Shown here piece after piece: positions 63,108 to 64,000 of a stretch of DNA of 64,000 bases. The translations under genes and the position numbers were made by a program. Source of the stretch: an uncultured archaeon (GTDB taxonomy: Archaea; Asgardarchaeota; Thorarchaeia; Thorarchaeales; Thorarchaeaceae); assembly GCA_964558645.1 (NCBI GenBank), contig CAZLEV010000003.1:205080-269079 (forward strand), read 5' to 3'. Below the pieces are notes generated by a model. The model saw only the letters and a list, made by a program, of their open reading frames with translations. It was not told where the DNA came from and did no database searches. Every line of letters starts with the position of its first letter. The stretch's first letter is position 1.

Positions 63108-63950
63108 ATGACTCCAGTGACATCTGTTGAAGGAACATATACTGGATATGACGGGACAGAGATGTTCATGGTCAAGTGGCTGCCTGAGGGTCCCCCCCAT
63201 GCTATGATTCTTGCGCTACATGGCCTTGGATCTCATGCTGGGCTGCTATCGTATGTCGCAAACCATTATGCAGAGAATGGATTTGAAGTACGAGTGCCGG
63301 ACCTTAGAGGATTCGGCCATTATAATGGGTTGAAGGGTCATGTTGAAACTTTTCAAGAGTATCTCCTCGACATAGATGCTCTGGTGACTCGTCTTATGAG
63401 CAGACACACGGCACTCAAGCTGTTCATCCATGGTCATTCACTCGGCGCGCTATTTGCCTTGATGTATTCATTGGAACACCCTGGAACTGCGGCCGGCTAT
63501 GTCACGCCCTGTCCTGCTGTTTCTGAAAGACTTGAAGTGAATACCTTCGTCAGACTACTTCTCAGATTTCTGTCTCGCCTGAACGTGAGGAAGCAGTTCG
63601 ACAATGGACTGAACTACGACTTGATTGCAGCCAACCCTGAGGTGGTTGAACGCAACAGGAATGACCCTCTTCGGTGGGACAAAGTTACGCCACGTTTTGC
63701 TGCTGAGGGTTTCAGGGCGAAAGAGGTCACATTCGAATCGGCCCACAGGCTCACTGACCCCATCATAGTGCTCCAGACTGGGAATGACCAGATTCTGGAC
63801 CCCGAGCTGAACAGAGATTTCTACACGCGAATCGGTTCTGAAGACAAGACTTGGAAGTTCTACGAGGGTTTATACCACGAACCATGGGAGGATGAGGGAG
63901 GAGAGGTCGTGCTTGAAGACATGGTCGAGTGGATTGAGGCCAGAATCTAG
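63108..63950 (+). CDS. Alpha/beta hydrolase (lysophospholipase/monoacylglycerol lipase-like)
   Basis: HGLGSH, DLRGFG, GHSLG, D, YHE. Confidence 0.92.
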   Translation: MTPVTSVEGTYTGYDGTEMFMVKWLPEGPPHAMILALHGLGSHAGLLSYVANHYAENGFEVRVPDLRGFGHYNGLKGHVETFQEYLLDIDALVTRLMSRHTALKLFIHGHSLGALFALMYSLEHPGTAAGYVTPCPAVSERLEVNTFVRLLLRFLSRLNVRKQFDNGLNYDLIAANPEVVERNRNDPLRWDKVTPRFAAEGFRAKEVTFESAHRLTDPIIVLQTGNDQILDPELNRDFYTRIGSEDKTWKFYEGLYHEPWEDEGGEVVLEDMVEWIEARI

Positions 63951-64000
63951 ATTGATTCCTCGTTCCCTTCAAGGACGACTTGGTACAGGAGCGTAGCAGT

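Overview
Gene-dense archaeal chromosomal window. Archaeal markers include TBP, type-2 IPP isomerase, PurP, an archaeal ATP-dependent DNA ligase, TTTA[A/T]A promoters and frequent TTG/GTG starts. The Ig-like + TM + basic-tail surface proteins, WD40/TPR proteins and a divergent tubulin suggest an Asgard archaeon, most likely Thorarchaeia (inference, not proven). Most of the window is housekeeping: a tightly coupled purine operon (purN-purF-purP-purP'-purC/S-purQ-purL-purE/M-purD-guaA) with two unusual fusions, both ATP- and NAD-dependent DNA ligases, acyl-CoA and lysine-acylation enzymes, and hydrolases. The standout is a three-gene operon at 36075-41232 (minus strand): a ~895-aa helical-repeat protein, a divergent tubulin/FtsZ-superfamily GTPase and an unknown two-domain helical protein. 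It is divergently paired with a WD40 + MIT/TPR-like + coiled-coil gene, followed by a convergent TPR gene, and is a candidate uncharacterised cytoskeletal or membrane-remodelling system. Also noted: a circularly permuted DppA-type binding protein, an uncalled Cys-rich microprotein, a strand-specific structured leader RNA candidate, an inverted TATA pair upstream of tbp and a probable CTG start. No rRNA, tRNA, CRISPR array or mobile element was recognised.
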